Shown one piece after another: positions 1 through 10,093 of a stretch of 64,000 bases of DNA (position 1 is its first letter; every line of letters starts with the position of its first letter). A program made the position numbers and the translations under genes. The notes below the pieces were generated by a model, which saw only the letters and a program-made list of their open reading frames with translations, had not been told where the DNA came from and did not search any database. The stretch is from the NCBI GenBank assembly GCA_963796685.1, contig CAWCMR010000005.1, forward strand, positions 1 through 64,000, given 5' to 3'. This DNA is from an uncultured delta proteobacterium. Its GTDB lineage: Bacteria > Myxococcota_A > Polyangia > Fen-1088.

Positions 1-812
1 ACCTGGCCAACGCCCTGCTCTGGCAGCTGGTCAATGACCATCTGAATGAATACTCGCGCGACGAGGTGCTGATGTACCTGCGCCACGGTCCGGCCACGCC
101 ATCAACTACGCCTTCGAGCTTTGGAAGCGCGAGATTGGGCGCAGACCTTTGGCGAGTCCGCCGCCCGTATCGGGACGTGTACAACCCGAATCCGTGGAGC
201 CGCGACTACGTTCGCTACCTTCACCGTGCGGGGATGTACCACTACGCGCAGAAACACCCCGACGAGGATTTCGCCGAGACCTTCGCGGTATGGCTCGATT
301 CTTCGTCGCGCTGGCGACGGCGTTACAAGGACTGGCAGGTCGCGCTGGCCAAGCTGGAATACATCGACCGCATCGTCGATGTCGAGGGCGCGTGCCGGGG
401 CGCACCGCCCAACCAGCGGCACGGGCAACGTGTGGGCTACGATACCATCAAAGAAACCGTCGCGGACTACTTCGACATCAACCACGCCGTGGATCATGAC
501 CTGGCCGAGTACCGCCGCGACCTGCTCGAAATCTTCCCCCGGCGCTCCGAGCCGGCGCGTCGGAGTCAGAGCGCCCTGTCGGCTGCCCGATTCATCCAGC
601 AACACCAGCGCATGCTGGTCGAAAAGATGGGTGGATGGATCGGAAAGTCGGACCGCCGGGTGATCAGCCGCTTTCTTCGCCAGCTGCAGGCGCTGTGTAC
701 CTACGAGCACTTGGTGGTGCCTGAAAACCAGCGCAACGACAAACTGGTCGACCTGACCATCGTGGCCACGTGGCACGTGCTTGACGGTATTCACCGGCTG
801 AGCGGCGAGTAG
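1..812 (+). CDS. Putative zinc-binding metallopeptidase, 5' end outside window, apparent frameshifts near 85-160
   Basis: Motif YAQKHPDEDFAETFAVWL; the expected HExGHAINYAFELW segment is split across frames around 85-125. Confidence 0.7.
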   Translation, partial: LANALLWQLVNDHLNEYSRDEVLMYLRHGPATPSTTPSSFGSARLGADLWRVRRPYRDVYNPNPWSRDYVRYLHRAGMYHYAQKHPDEDFAETFAVWLDSSSRWRRRYKDWQVALAKLEYIDRIVDVEGACRGAPPNQRHGQRVGYDTIKETVADYFDINHAVDHDLAEYRRDLLEIFPRRSEPARRSQSALSAARFIQQHQRMLVEKMGGWIGKSDRRVISRFLRQLQALCTYEHLVVPENQRNDKLVDLTIVATWHVLDGIHRLSGE

Positions 813-845
813 CTCGCCGCCCGGTGAGCAGGGAATCGGACCGAA

Positions 846-1094
846 TCAGTCCAGTGTCAATCCGACCTGGATGATCTTGCGAAGGACATCCGCGCCGATG
901 CGCGGAGTTTTCTTTTCCTCCTCGAAGATGATTTGGGCCAAGGTCTGCGCGGTGAGATCCGCGCTGGTGACGTAGTCGGTGACTTGTACATCATCACCCT
1001 TGCGAACGAAGCCGGCGACGTCAGCCAAGGTGACGTAGTGGCGTTCGGTGGTGTCGTAGAGTTTTCGGTTTGAATAGCGCTTGATGGTACGCAT
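846..1094 (-). CDS. PHA/PHB accumulation regulator DNA-binding domain protein (PhaR-like)
   Basis: MRTIKRYSNRKLYDTTERHYVTL...DLTAQTLAQII signature. Confidence 0.85.
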   Translation of the reverse strand: MRTIKRYSNRKLYDTTERHYVTLADVAGFVRKGDDVQVTDYVTSADLTAQTLAQIIFEEEKKTPRIGADVLRKIIQVGLTLD

Positions 1095-1284
1095 GGTGAA
1101 CCCAAGAATGACACGTATGGACGACTTGACAAGTCCATCGTGCAGGGTAAACCGCAAATGGCAAGCGCGGCGAAGCGTCGAAAAGCTAAACCCAATGGCC
1201 GCCCGTCATCATCCTAGGGATGGACCCTCAGGCCCCAACACTTTCATGGAGGACTCCTAAAGTCCTGTTTTCGGAGCGGCTCTC

Positions 1285-2732
1285 ATGGCGCAAGCATCCA
1301 TCGACCTTCACGGCTCACCCAGCGTGAGTACCCCTACGGTTTCACCACCGATCTCGACAGCGATGCCGCGCCCAAAGGGCTCAGCGAGGACGTCATTCGC
1401 CTCATCTCGGCCAAGAAGCAGGAGCCGGCCTTCCTGCTCGATTGGCGGCTGCGTGCCTACCGCCACTGGCTGACCATGACCGAGCCACGCTGGCAGAGCG
1501 TGCACTACGATCCCATCGACTACCAAGCGATCGTGTACTACTCGGCGCCCAAGCCCAAGACCGCCGGACCGAAAAGTCTCGACGAGGTCGATCCGGACGT
1601 GCGCGCCATGTTCGACAAGCTGGGCATTTCGCTGGCCGAGCAAGAGCGGCTCTCGGGCGTGGCGCTCGACGCGGTGGTGGACAGCGTCTCGGTGGCGACC
1701 AGCTTCAAGGCCAAGCTGGGCGAGCTGGGTATCATCTTCTGCTCGTTTTCCGAGGCGGCGCGCAACCACCCCGAGCTCGTACGCAAGTACCTCGGCTCGG
1801 TGGTTCCCTCTTCCGACAACTACTTCGCGGCGCTCAACTCGGCCGTGTTCTCCGACGGAAGTTTTTGCTACATCCCCAAGGGCGTGCGTTGCCCCATGGA
1901 GCTGTCGACCTACTTTCGCATCAACGCCGCCGACACCGGGCAATTCGAGCGCACGCTCATCATCGCCGAGCCGGACAGCTACGTCAGCTACCTCGAAGGC
2001 TGCACCGCGCCCCGGCGCGACAACAACCAGCTTCACGCGGCGGTGGTGGAGCTGGTGGCCCACGACGGTGCGGAGATCAAGTACTCCACGGTGCAGAACT
2101 GGTATCCCGGCGACAAGGACGGCAAGGGCGGCATCTACAATTTCGTCACCAAGCGCGGCAAGGCCGCGGGTCGCAATTCGAAGATCTCGTGGACGCAGGT
2201 TGAAACCGGGTCGGCCATCACCTGGAAATATCCCAGCGTGATGCTCATCGGCGACGGTTCGGTGGGCGAGTTCTACTCGGTCGCGGTCACCAACCACTTT
2301 CAGCAGGCGGATACCGGCACCAAGATGATCCACATCGGGAAGAACACCAAAAGCACCATCCTCTCCAAAGGCATTTCCGCCGGACATGGACAGAACACCT
2401 ACCGCGGCCTGGTGCGCGTGACCGACGGCGCGACCAATGCGCGCAACTATTCGCAGTGCGATTCGCTGCTCATCGGAGACCAGTGCGGCGCCCACACCGT
2501 GCCCTACCTCGACGTCCGGAATACCTCGTCGCAGGTCGAGCACGAGGCGTCCACCTCGCGCATCAGCGAGGATCAGCTTTTCTATTGCCGCCAGCGCGGC
2601 CTTGGCACCGAGGACGCGGTGAATCTGATCGTGAACGGGTACTGCAAGGAAGTTTTCCGGCACCTGCCCATGGAGTTCGCGGTCGAGGCGCAAAAACTGC
2701 TTGGTGTCAGCCTGGAAGGGAGCGTCGGTTAG
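1285..2732 (+). CDS. sufB: Fe-S cluster assembly protein SufB with an apparent 1-nt frameshift near 1309-1312
   Basis: ORF 1476-2732 is SufB ([27 protein letters not shown]). Its frame extends upstream as [12 protein letters not shown]...[10 protein letters not shown], while the ATG at 1285 is in another frame. Confidence 0.92.
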
Positions 2733-2734
2733 TC

Positions 2735-3508
2735 ATGGCATTGCTAGCGATCAAGAACCTGCACGTGGAAGCCGGTGGCAAGCCCATCTTGCGCGGCCTC
2801 AGTCTAGACGTGGAGGCAGGAGAGGTTTGCGCCATCATGGGCCCCAATGGCTCGGGCAAGAGCACGCTGGCCAACGTGCTGGCAGGCCGCGACGGTTACG
2901 TCGTGACCGCGGGCGAGATTCTGTACCAGGGCAAGGATCTGCGCGCGCTGCCGCCCGAGGAGAGGGCGCGCGAAGGCATCTTCCTCGGCTTCCAGCATCC
3001 GGTGGAAATTCCTGGCGTGGCCAACACCTACTTCCTGCGCGCGGCCCTCAACGCCATCCGCAAGCATCGGGGCGAAGAGGGACTGGACGCCATGGATTTT
3101 CTGGCCATGGTCAAGATGAAGGCCAAGAGCCTCGGGCTCAATCCTGACCTGCTCGGACGGCCCGTGAACGAAGGTTTCTCAGGCGGCGAAAAGAAGCGCA
3201 ACGAGATCTTGCAGATGTCCGTGCTGGAGCCGCGCCTGGCGGTGCTCGACGAGACCGATTCGGGGCTCGACATCGATGCCCTGCGCGAGGTGGCCGGCGC
3301 CGTGCAGGCGCTTCGCCACCCCCAGCGTGCCATCGTGGTCATCACCCACCATCAACGGTTGCTCGACTACCTGGTGCCCGACCGGGTTCATGTGCTGTCC
3401 GCCGGCACCATCGTCACCTCGGGCGACAAGAACCTGGCGGTCGAGCTCGAAAAGAACGGCTACAGCTGGGCGGCAAGCCGGGCCCAGGAACAGGGACAAG
3501 TCTTGTGA
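2735..3508 (+). CDS. sufC: Fe-S cluster assembly ATPase SufC
   Basis: GPNGSGKST Walker A, FSGGEKKRNE, LDETDSGLDID. Confidence 0.95.
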   Translation: MALLAIKNLHVEAGGKPILRGLSLDVEAGEVCAIMGPNGSGKSTLANVLAGRDGYVVTAGEILYQGKDLRALPPEERAREGIFLGFQHPVEIPGVANTYFLRAALNAIRKHRGEEGLDAMDFLAMVKMKAKSLGLNPDLLGRPVNEGFSGGEKKRNEILQMSVLEPRLAVLDETDSGLDIDALREVAGAVQALRHPQRAIVVITHHQRLLDYLVPDRVHVLSAGTIVTSGDKNLAVELEKNGYSWAASRAQEQGQVL

Positions 3509-4848
3509 GCGCCACGCTTTCGCTCAGCGACCGCACCGCCTACACGGCGGGGTTCGCGCATGCCATCGAGCAGGACACCGGCCTTCCCGCGTGGCTGACC
3601 TCGGTGAGGCGAAGCGCGTTCGACGCATTTCTGGAGCAAGGCTGGCCCACCACCAAGCAAGAGGACTGGCGTTTCACCGACGTCACCCCCATCACGAGGC
3701 TGGCGCTGCTGCCTCCACCCTTCGCCAAGCCACACTTGGCGAAGGACGATTTCGCCGCGGATGTGCTCGGCTTGGGCGGTCACCAGGTCCGGCGCCTGCT
3801 TTTCGTCGACGGCCGCTATCACTCGGGCGCCGCCAACGGACGGCCACTCCCCGACGATCTGTGGATGATTCCCATCTCTTCCGCCCTGGCCGAGGATTCG
3901 GGAACCGTGGGCCAGGTTCTGGGTCACCATCTGCGCGACCAGAACGCCTTCGTGGCCTTGAACATGGCGTTCATGACCGACGGCGCGTTCATTCGCATTC
4001 CAGCAGGATTTGCGTCCGAAGTGCCTATTTACGTCGTCTTCCTGGCTTCCGCCGAGGGCAGCGCCGGGTTCCCGCGCACCGTCATCTGGGCAGGGGAAAA
4101 TAGCCGGGCCACCGTCGTCGAGATCCATCTCGGTGCCGACTCCCGGTCCACATTGGCCAGCGCGGTCACCGAAATCGTGCTCGAACCCGGCGCGCACGTC
4201 GTCCATCACGGCATCCAGAAGGCGTCGCCCGGTGGCGGTCACGTCGGCCACCTCGCCGTGACCCAGAAGACCGGCAGCGTCTTTTCGGGCAGCAGTCTGG
4301 CCTTGGGCGGCCGCATGGTGCGCAACGATGTTCACGTGTTGCTTGCCGAGGAAGGTTGCACCTGCAACCTCGACGGCCTCTACCTCGCATCGGGCTCGGG
4401 CCACATCGACAATCACACGACCATCGATCATCGCGCTGCCCGGTCGACGAGCCGCGAGGTCTACAAGGGCGTGGTCGGAGACCGCAGCCGCGCGGTCTTC
4501 AACGGACGCATCGTGGTCAGGCCCGATGCCCAGCAGACCGACGCACGTCAAACCAATCGCAACATCGTGCTCGGCGAGGGCGCCCTGGTACACAGCAAGC
4601 CGCACCTCGAGATCTTCGCCAATGACGTCAAGTGCTCGCACGGCGCCACCACCGGGCGTCTGAATGCGGACGCCCTGTTCTATCTGCGCTCGCGCGGCAT
4701 CGGCGAGAGGGAAGCCAACCAGCTGCTCATCCGCGCCTTCATGCTGGAGGGTCTCGACTGCATCGCCCAGACCGAGCTGCGCGCGGAGCTGGAAGGCGTG
4801 CTCGTGAAAAAGATCGAGTCTCTCGCCAACCCGGGAGTCGTCGCGTGA
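3505..4848 (+). CDS. sufD: Fe-S cluster assembly protein SufD
   Basis: EDWRFTD, PHLEIFANDVKCSHGAT, LFYLRSRGI; operon position. Confidence 0.95.
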   Translation: MSATLSLSDRTAYTAGFAHAIEQDTGLPAWLTSVRRSAFDAFLEQGWPTTKQEDWRFTDVTPITRLALLPPPFAKPHLAKDDFAADVLGLGGHQVRRLLFVDGRYHSGAANGRPLPDDLWMIPISSALAEDSGTVGQVLGHHLRDQNAFVALNMAFMTDGAFIRIPAGFASEVPIYVVFLASAEGSAGFPRTVIWAGENSRATVVEIHLGADSRSTLASAVTEIVLEPGAHVVHHGIQKASPGGGHVGHLAVTQKTGSVFSGSSLALGGRMVRNDVHVLLAEEGCTCNLDGLYLASGSGHIDNHTTIDHRAARSTSREVYKGVVGDRSRAVFNGRIVVRPDAQQTDARQTNRNIVLGEGALVHSKPHLEIFANDVKCSHGATTGRLNADALFYLRSRGIGEREANQLLIRAFMLEGLDCIAQTELRAELEGVLVKKIESLANPGVVA

Positions 4849-6104
4849 TGGCGACCAAGCACAGAGGCTCCTCCTTGTCGAATAGCCTCGACGTGGAGAG
4901 CGTGCGGCGGGACTTCCCGGCCCTGGCGCAAAAGGTCCACGGCCACCCGCTCGTGTACCTCGACAACGCCGCCACCACGCAGAAACCGAGCGCGGTGCTC
5001 GATCGCATCCACAAGAGTTACATCGAGGAGTGCGCCAACATCCACCGCGGCGTCTACCAGCTGAGCGAGCGTGCGACCGCGGCCCACGAGTCGGCGCGCG
5101 AGACGGTTCGCCGCTTCCTCGGCGCCGAGCAGACCAGCGAGATCGTGTTCGTTCGCGGCGCCACCGAAGGCATCAATTTGGTCGCCCAGAGTTACGGCCG
5201 CAGTCGCATCAGCGCAGGAGACGAGATCCTCGTCACCGCCATGGAGCACCATTCGAACATCGTGCCATGGCAGATGCTGTGCCAGGAGCGCGGTGCGACC
5301 TTGAAGGTCGCGCCCATGGACGACAACGGCGATCTGATCGTCCCCGAGTACGAGAAGCTTCTCGGTGCCCGAACCAAGCTGGTGGCCTTCACCCTGGTCT
5401 CGAACGCGCTCGGCACGGTCAACCCGGCCAAGGCCATGATCGAAGCCGCGCATCGCGCGGGTGCCCAGGTCCTGGTCGACGCGGCCCAGTCCGTCCCCCA
5501 TCGCGCCATCGACGTGCGCGCTCTCGACTGCGATTTTCTCGTCTTTTCGGGCCACAAGCTCTACGGCCCCACCGGCATCGGCGTGCTCTATGGCAAGCAG
5601 CACCTCTTGGAGGCCATGCCGCCCTGGCAAGGCGGTGGCGACATGATCATATCCGTGACCTTCGAGCGGACCACCTACGCGCCACCGCCGGCCAAGTTCG
5701 AGGCCGGCACCCCCGCCATCAACGGCGCCATCGCCCTCGGCGCCGCCATCGAGTATGTCGAGTCGTTCGGCATGGCCGCCATCGAGCGCTACGAGGCCGA
5801 GCTCCTCGCCTACGCGGAAGCGGCCCTGAGCAAGCTCCCTGGGCTGCGACTCATCGGCAAGCCCAAGCACCGGGCCGGCGCTATCTCCTTCATGCTGGGC
5901 GACATCCATCCCCACGACGTGGGGACCGTGCTGGATCGCTATGGGGTCGCCATTCGCGCCGGACACCACTGCGCGCAGCCCACCATGAAGCGCATGGGCG
6001 TGCCGGGCACCGCGCGCGCCTCGTTCGCCTTCTACAACAAGCCCGAAGAAGTCGACACCTTGGTCGCCTGCCTCCTGGAGGCCCAGAAAGTGTTCCGCCA
6101 ATGA
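4848..6104 (+). CDS. sufS: Cysteine desulfurase SufS, the only full-length copy
   Basis: YLDNAATTQKP, FSGHK PLP lysine, RAGHHCAQP catalytic Cys. Confidence 0.95.
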   Translation: MATKHRGSSLSNSLDVESVRRDFPALAQKVHGHPLVYLDNAATTQKPSAVLDRIHKSYIEECANIHRGVYQLSERATAAHESARETVRRFLGAEQTSEIVFVRGATEGINLVAQSYGRSRISAGDEILVTAMEHHSNIVPWQMLCQERGATLKVAPMDDNGDLIVPEYEKLLGARTKLVAFTLVSNALGTVNPAKAMIEAAHRAGAQVLVDAAQSVPHRAIDVRALDCDFLVFSGHKLYGPTGIGVLYGKQHLLEAMPPWQGGGDMIISVTFERTTYAPPPAKFEAGTPAINGAIALGAAIEYVESFGMAAIERYEAELLAYAEAALSKLPGLRLIGKPKHRAGAISFMLGDIHPHDVGTVLDRYGVAIRAGHHCAQPTMKRMGVPGTARASFAFYNKPEEVDTLVACLLEAQKVFRQ

Positions 6105-6580
6105 ACGAGCTTGACGACCTCTATCAGGAAGTGATCCTCGATCACCAGCGCAACCCGCGCAACTACGCCAAGTTGCCCACGGCCAACCACCAGGCCGAGG
6201 GCGCCAATCCCCTGTGCGGCGATCACGTGACCGTGTACCTCGACGTCAAGGACGGCGTCATTCGCGATATCAGCTTCCAAGGCGAAGGCTGCGCCATCGC
6301 CAAGGCGTCGGCGTCCATGATGACGTCGGTGGTGAAGGGAAAGTCCTTGGCCGATGCCTCCGAGACCTTCAAGCGCTTCCACCAGATGATCACCGGCGGC
6401 CAGGATCCCTGTTTCGACCTCGAAGACCTGGGCAAGCTCGCCGCGTTCTCCGGCGTGAGCGCGTTCCCCGTGCGGGTGAAGTGCGCGAGCCTCGCCTGGC
6501 ACACCTTGAACGCCGCCATGCACGAGACCACGACCGCGCCCACCAGCGGCGGCGAGCCCAACAAGGAGCCCCAGAAGTGA
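6101..6580 (+). CDS. sufU: SufU sulfur-transfer/scaffold protein, copy 1
   Basis: LYQEVILDH, NPLCGD, GCAIAKASAS, RVKCASLAW. Confidence 0.93.
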   Translation: MNELDDLYQEVILDHQRNPRNYAKLPTANHQAEGANPLCGDHVTVYLDVKDGVIRDISFQGEGCAIAKASASMMTSVVKGKSLADASETFKRFHQMITGGQDPCFDLEDLGKLAAFSGVSAFPVRVKCASLAWHTLNAAMHETTTAPTSGGEPNKEPQK

Positions 6581-6984
6581 TGGCGACGCCCGAGCCCCAG
6601 CGCGCACCCGACCCGCCATCCGACCCGTCACCCGACCCACCCTCGGGCTCCACCGCCAACGATGCGGCCACCACCCAGTTGGAGCGCCTGGTGTGGCAGG
6701 AGCTGCGCGAGTGTTACGACCCTGAGATCCCCGTCAACATCGTGGAGCTGGGGCTCGTCTACGCCATGCGCTCCGAGCCTCTACCCGAGGGTGGCCACCG
6801 GGTCGAGGTCCTCATGACCGTGACCTCACCCGCCTGTGGCATGTCCGAGATCCTGCGCTCCGAGGCCGACGAACGCATCCGCAAGCTGCCCGGCGTCGCC
6901 CAGGTCGAGGTGGCCATCACCTTCGACCCGCCCTGGACCCCCGAGCTCATGAGCGACGACGCGCGGATGATGCTGAATTTGTGA
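6577..6984 (+). CDS. sufT: SufT/DUF59 Fe-S assembly protein, copy 1
   Basis: YDPEIPVNIVELGLVY, MTVTSPACGM, FDPPWT; start overlaps the sufU stop. Confidence 0.88.
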   Translation: MMATPEPQRAPDPPSDPSPDPPSGSTANDAATTQLERLVWQELRECYDPEIPVNIVELGLVYAMRSEPLPEGGHRVEVLMTVTSPACGMSEILRSEADERIRKLPGVAQVEVAITFDPPWTPELMSDDARMMLNL

Positions 6985-8820
6985 TCAGCCCCTCGGCCTG
7001 GAACGCGCGCACGCGCTCTTCGCGCTCGACCGCCGGTATGGAGCCGTTGAGAGTCAGGGTGCGCAGGCCCGCCCAGGCAAGCAGGGGCGGCAATCGCGCA
7101 ACTTTCATGACTCGCTGACCGACATCCCTCCTTTGTGGAGGCAGCGGCATGCGCACAGCCCGCGTCTGCGGGACCGGTCTATTCACGCCGGCAGCCGGAG
7201 AAGACTGCCTTGTACAGGGTCATGCAGGAACATCTGCTGACCTTCGAGCAGCAGTGGACCGACGAGGCCAATGGCCGGACACTGCCCGGCTTCGTGACCG
7301 ACGAGCTGCACGGATTCATGTCGTGCGGAATCTTGGGGCGAGGCTTCGCACACCTTTTCTGTAAGACCTGCCACGAACACCATGCTGTGGCCTTCAGCTG
7401 CAAGGCCAGAGCCGTATGTCCCAGTTGCTTGGGCAGGCGCATGAACGAGGGGGCGTTGAACCTCACGGATTATGTCCTGCCCGATGTACCTCTGAGGCAG
7501 TTTGTCTTGACCATGCCTTTCCCGCTGCGCTTCCCGCTCGCCTTCGACGGGAAACTGCTCGGTCAAGTGGTGCGCATCTTCACGGATACTGTCGCTGGAT
7601 GGTACCGCAAGCGGCACGTTGAACGCGGCTTGCCTCCTGGCGAAACCGGCGCCGTGACAGTCATCCAGCGCGCCAACAGTGATTTGCGACTCAATCCGCA
7701 TCTTCACACCCTTTTTCTCGACGGTGTGTACTCGCCGGACGGCGATGGCAAGGGCCAGATGTTCCACCCCGCGACAGCACCCACCCAACAGGAAGTCGAG
7801 CAGATCGTCGAGCGCGCCAGCAAACGCATCCTGCGCTTCCTCCAGCGTCGCGGCGTCATCTCCCTCGTCACCGCCCCAGGCGACGGCGAAGTAACCGTCG
7901 TCACCGACGAGACCATGGGCGAGAAAGATCCGCTGTTGGCCAAGCTCTTGGCCGCCGCCACCGCCGGTACACCACCCGCTGGCCCCACCAACAAACGCAG
8001 ACCTGTGCGCATCGTGCTTGACCCCGATGACCAGCCCGTCGCCAAGGGCAAGTTGTGCGCGCAAGAACACGGGTTCAACCTGCATGGAGCGACCAGGGTC
8101 GCTGCCAACGACAAGCAGGGCCGGTTAACCCTGTGCAAATACATCCTCCGCCCGCCTCTCGCCAACGACAGGCTCAAGATCCTCGACGATGGAACCGTGA
8201 GGCTGGAGCTGAAGAAGGCGTGGTCCGACGGCACTACGTCGGTGGAACTGGCTCCACTGGCCCTCATCGCGCGTCTCGCTGCGCTCGTCCCGCCCCCCAA
8301 GCGCCATACCGTTAGATATTTTGGTGTACTTTCGTCGCACGCCACCTCACGTAGCGAGGTGGTTCCCTCACCCGTCGAGCCGGCGTCCCCCGCGCAGGAC
8401 AAGCCCAAGAACACTTCGAGGTATATTTCTTGGTCCGAACTTTTGCGCCGCACCTTCGGGTTCGAAATCGCCTGCCAGAAATGTAAGGCCCCGCTCCGCC
8501 TGATCGCACTCATCAAGAGCGAGGACATCGCCAAGAAGATCCTGACCGCGATGCACCTGCCAACGGAGATCCCGGAGCTACGCCCAGCGCGCCCGCCGCC
8601 CCTGAAGGCGGGTGGCAGCGCTGACTGGCTGAACTGAACACGACCTCTCCGGGGCTGTGATGGGGTGGACTACGCCTTGTGATTGAGACAGCCTGTTCGG
8701 CACCCGAATCGCGCCATCAAACCCGCTCCGTAGGGCACTCCAGGCGCACGCGAGGGTGTGGTGGCACAGGGCGGCACGGGTTTTCGGACCGGAAATACCC
8801 CCTTCGATTCGCTTATGCAC
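6985..8820 (+). mobile_element. IS91-family/ISCR-like rolling-circle element, full-length copy; left boundary uncertain
   Basis: Contains the HUH transposase; the right end is defined by four copies that diverge exactly after TTCGATTCGCTTATGCAC. Confidence 0.85.
7135..8637 (+). CDS. IS91/ISCR-family HUH transposase (500 aa)
   Basis: Zn-binding CKTC...FSCKARAVCPSC, HUH motif NPHLH, single-Tyr LCKYILRPP, VRYFGVL, C-terminal CQKCKAPLRLIA. Confidence 0.93.
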   Translation: MEAAACAQPASAGPVYSRRQPEKTALYRVMQEHLLTFEQQWTDEANGRTLPGFVTDELHGFMSCGILGRGFAHLFCKTCHEHHAVAFSCKARAVCPSCLGRRMNEGALNLTDYVLPDVPLRQFVLTMPFPLRFPLAFDGKLLGQVVRIFTDTVAGWYRKRHVERGLPPGETGAVTVIQRANSDLRLNPHLHTLFLDGVYSPDGDGKGQMFHPATAPTQQEVEQIVERASKRILRFLQRRGVISLVTAPGDGEVTVVTDETMGEKDPLLAKLLAAATAGTPPAGPTNKRRPVRIVLDPDDQPVAKGKLCAQEHGFNLHGATRVAANDKQGRLTLCKYILRPPLANDRLKILDDGTVRLELKKAWSDGTTSVELAPLALIARLAALVPPPKRHTVRYFGVLSSHATSRSEVVPSPVEPASPAQDKPKNTSRYISWSELLRRTFGFEIACQKCKAPLRLIALIKSEDIAKKILTAMHLPTEIPELRPARPPPLKAGGSADWLN

Positions 8821-9096
8821 TGCCCAGATGTGTCCCCCATGGGGACCGGCGTCGTGCTGGCGTCCGCAGGCATAGCCCCAACCGGCCGAAACAGTGTTCG
8901 TTGGAACGAGTGCATCGGGGGAGGAAGCCCGGCTAGTCACCGAGCTCAATGGGAATCCCATCTTGGCGGATAGACCAACCCCCCAAACAACTACATGCGG
9001 CATGGGGGCCGGGGGCATTGGTGGAAGCGAATTATGAATATCAACCCCGACAATCGGTTGAATCGTATTCAAGCAAGGATACGGAATACCTGGCAT
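8821..9096 (-). pseudogene. 3'-truncated copy of the PAAR-like gene, cut at the ISCR right end
   Basis: Matches the 5' part of 31760-32587 and stops at the TATGCAC junction. Confidence 0.8.
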
Positions 9097-9112
9097 TTTG
9101 TGCCTTCCTTCT

Positions 9113-10087
9113 TCACGCCAATTCCCCAACCTCGGACAGCGTGGCTTGACGTGTCTGTTCCGATTGGAACTGATAGCTGAAGTTGGCCCGGTTTGTAATG
9201 ACGACCTTACGTACATCCGACCATATGTAGACACCGTCGATTCGGCTCTCGACATCGACCGTCTTCCCCGAAGTATTGACTTCAAGACCAAGACGGACGG
9301 ATGGAAGGGTAATGGCCAGTGGCTTTTCATCCAGTCCCTGAACGGCGATGGTCTCAGACGGTGCAACTTTGTCTACGACGAGCTTTGGATGGGCGTTGTT
9401 GAACAGAAGTGGTGAAACCGACTGGATCGACTTCCTGTCGGCGGCAATCTTGATCGCTTCCTGCGCTCGCAAGCCCCAAATCATCGGGTATGGAGCAAAC
9501 CCTGCGACAGGCTGGCGATCCGACCATTGGTAGTTTTCGGAGGAGGCGGCATCTTCTATGTTCGGAAGCTGGTGGTCTACCGCCTGCTCGGCTTCCAGAT
9601 AGAAGCCGATGCCCCATGGATTCTCAGGATGAGGGGCCTGATATCCAGCAAAGTCCGCCGAACCGCCATATGCACGCTTATAGGAAAGCGGCATTTCAGT
9701 GAATGGAGTGGGCGCCGTCGGTGACAATGCCGTCGCCGCGCGTCCCGTCTTCTTCCATGTACGGTCCCCGAGAACCCGCAATTCTCGGACAATCGATCCG
9801 ATCGTGATTGAGACACGCGCCCTGGTCACAGGACGCAGTCGACGGATGGTTCCTAAAACCGCGACATCGGCGCCTTTCTTGCGGATGAAATGATCCCCGT
9901 GGAAGATTCCATAGGGAGTCTCCAGAAAATCTGGAGAAAGGGGCAATGGCTCGTCTGCGGGCCTCAGATGGCCGTCCTCGACGATGTCATATGTCCTCTT
10001 GACAATAACAACAGCAGAGAGAGCCTCAGTTTGAAGGTTCGCGACCTGGAGGATCGCTGGCCATCTTGTTCTATTGACGAGGCGCAT
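9113..10087 (-). CDS. DUF2169 family T6SS effector adaptor
   Basis: VKRTYDI, KKGADV, LRVLGDRTW, MPLSYKRAYGG, NPWGIGF, LPNIED, FNNAHP. Confidence 0.85.
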   Translation of the reverse strand: MRLVNRTRWPAILQVANLQTEALSAVVIVKRTYDIVEDGHLRPADEPLPLSPDFLETPYGIFHGDHFIRKKGADVAVLGTIRRLRPVTRARVSITIGSIVRELRVLGDRTWKKTGRAATALSPTAPTPFTEMPLSYKRAYGGSADFAGYQAPHPENPWGIGFYLEAEQAVDHQLPNIEDAASSENYQWSDRQPVAGFAPYPMIWGLRAQEAIKIAADRKSIQSVSPLLFNNAHPKLVVDKVAPSETIAVQGLDEKPLAITLPSVRLGLEVNTSGKTVDVESRIDGVYIWSDVRKVVITNRANFSYQFQSEQTRQATLSEVGELA

Positions 10088-10093
10088 GGAGAG

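Noticed and set aside
1308-6101. Long antisense and alternate-frame ORFs over suf and other genes (e.g. 1308-2693, 4680-6101, 5030-6580)
   Set aside because: Shadow ORFs expected from high-GC codon bias; no recognisable motifs
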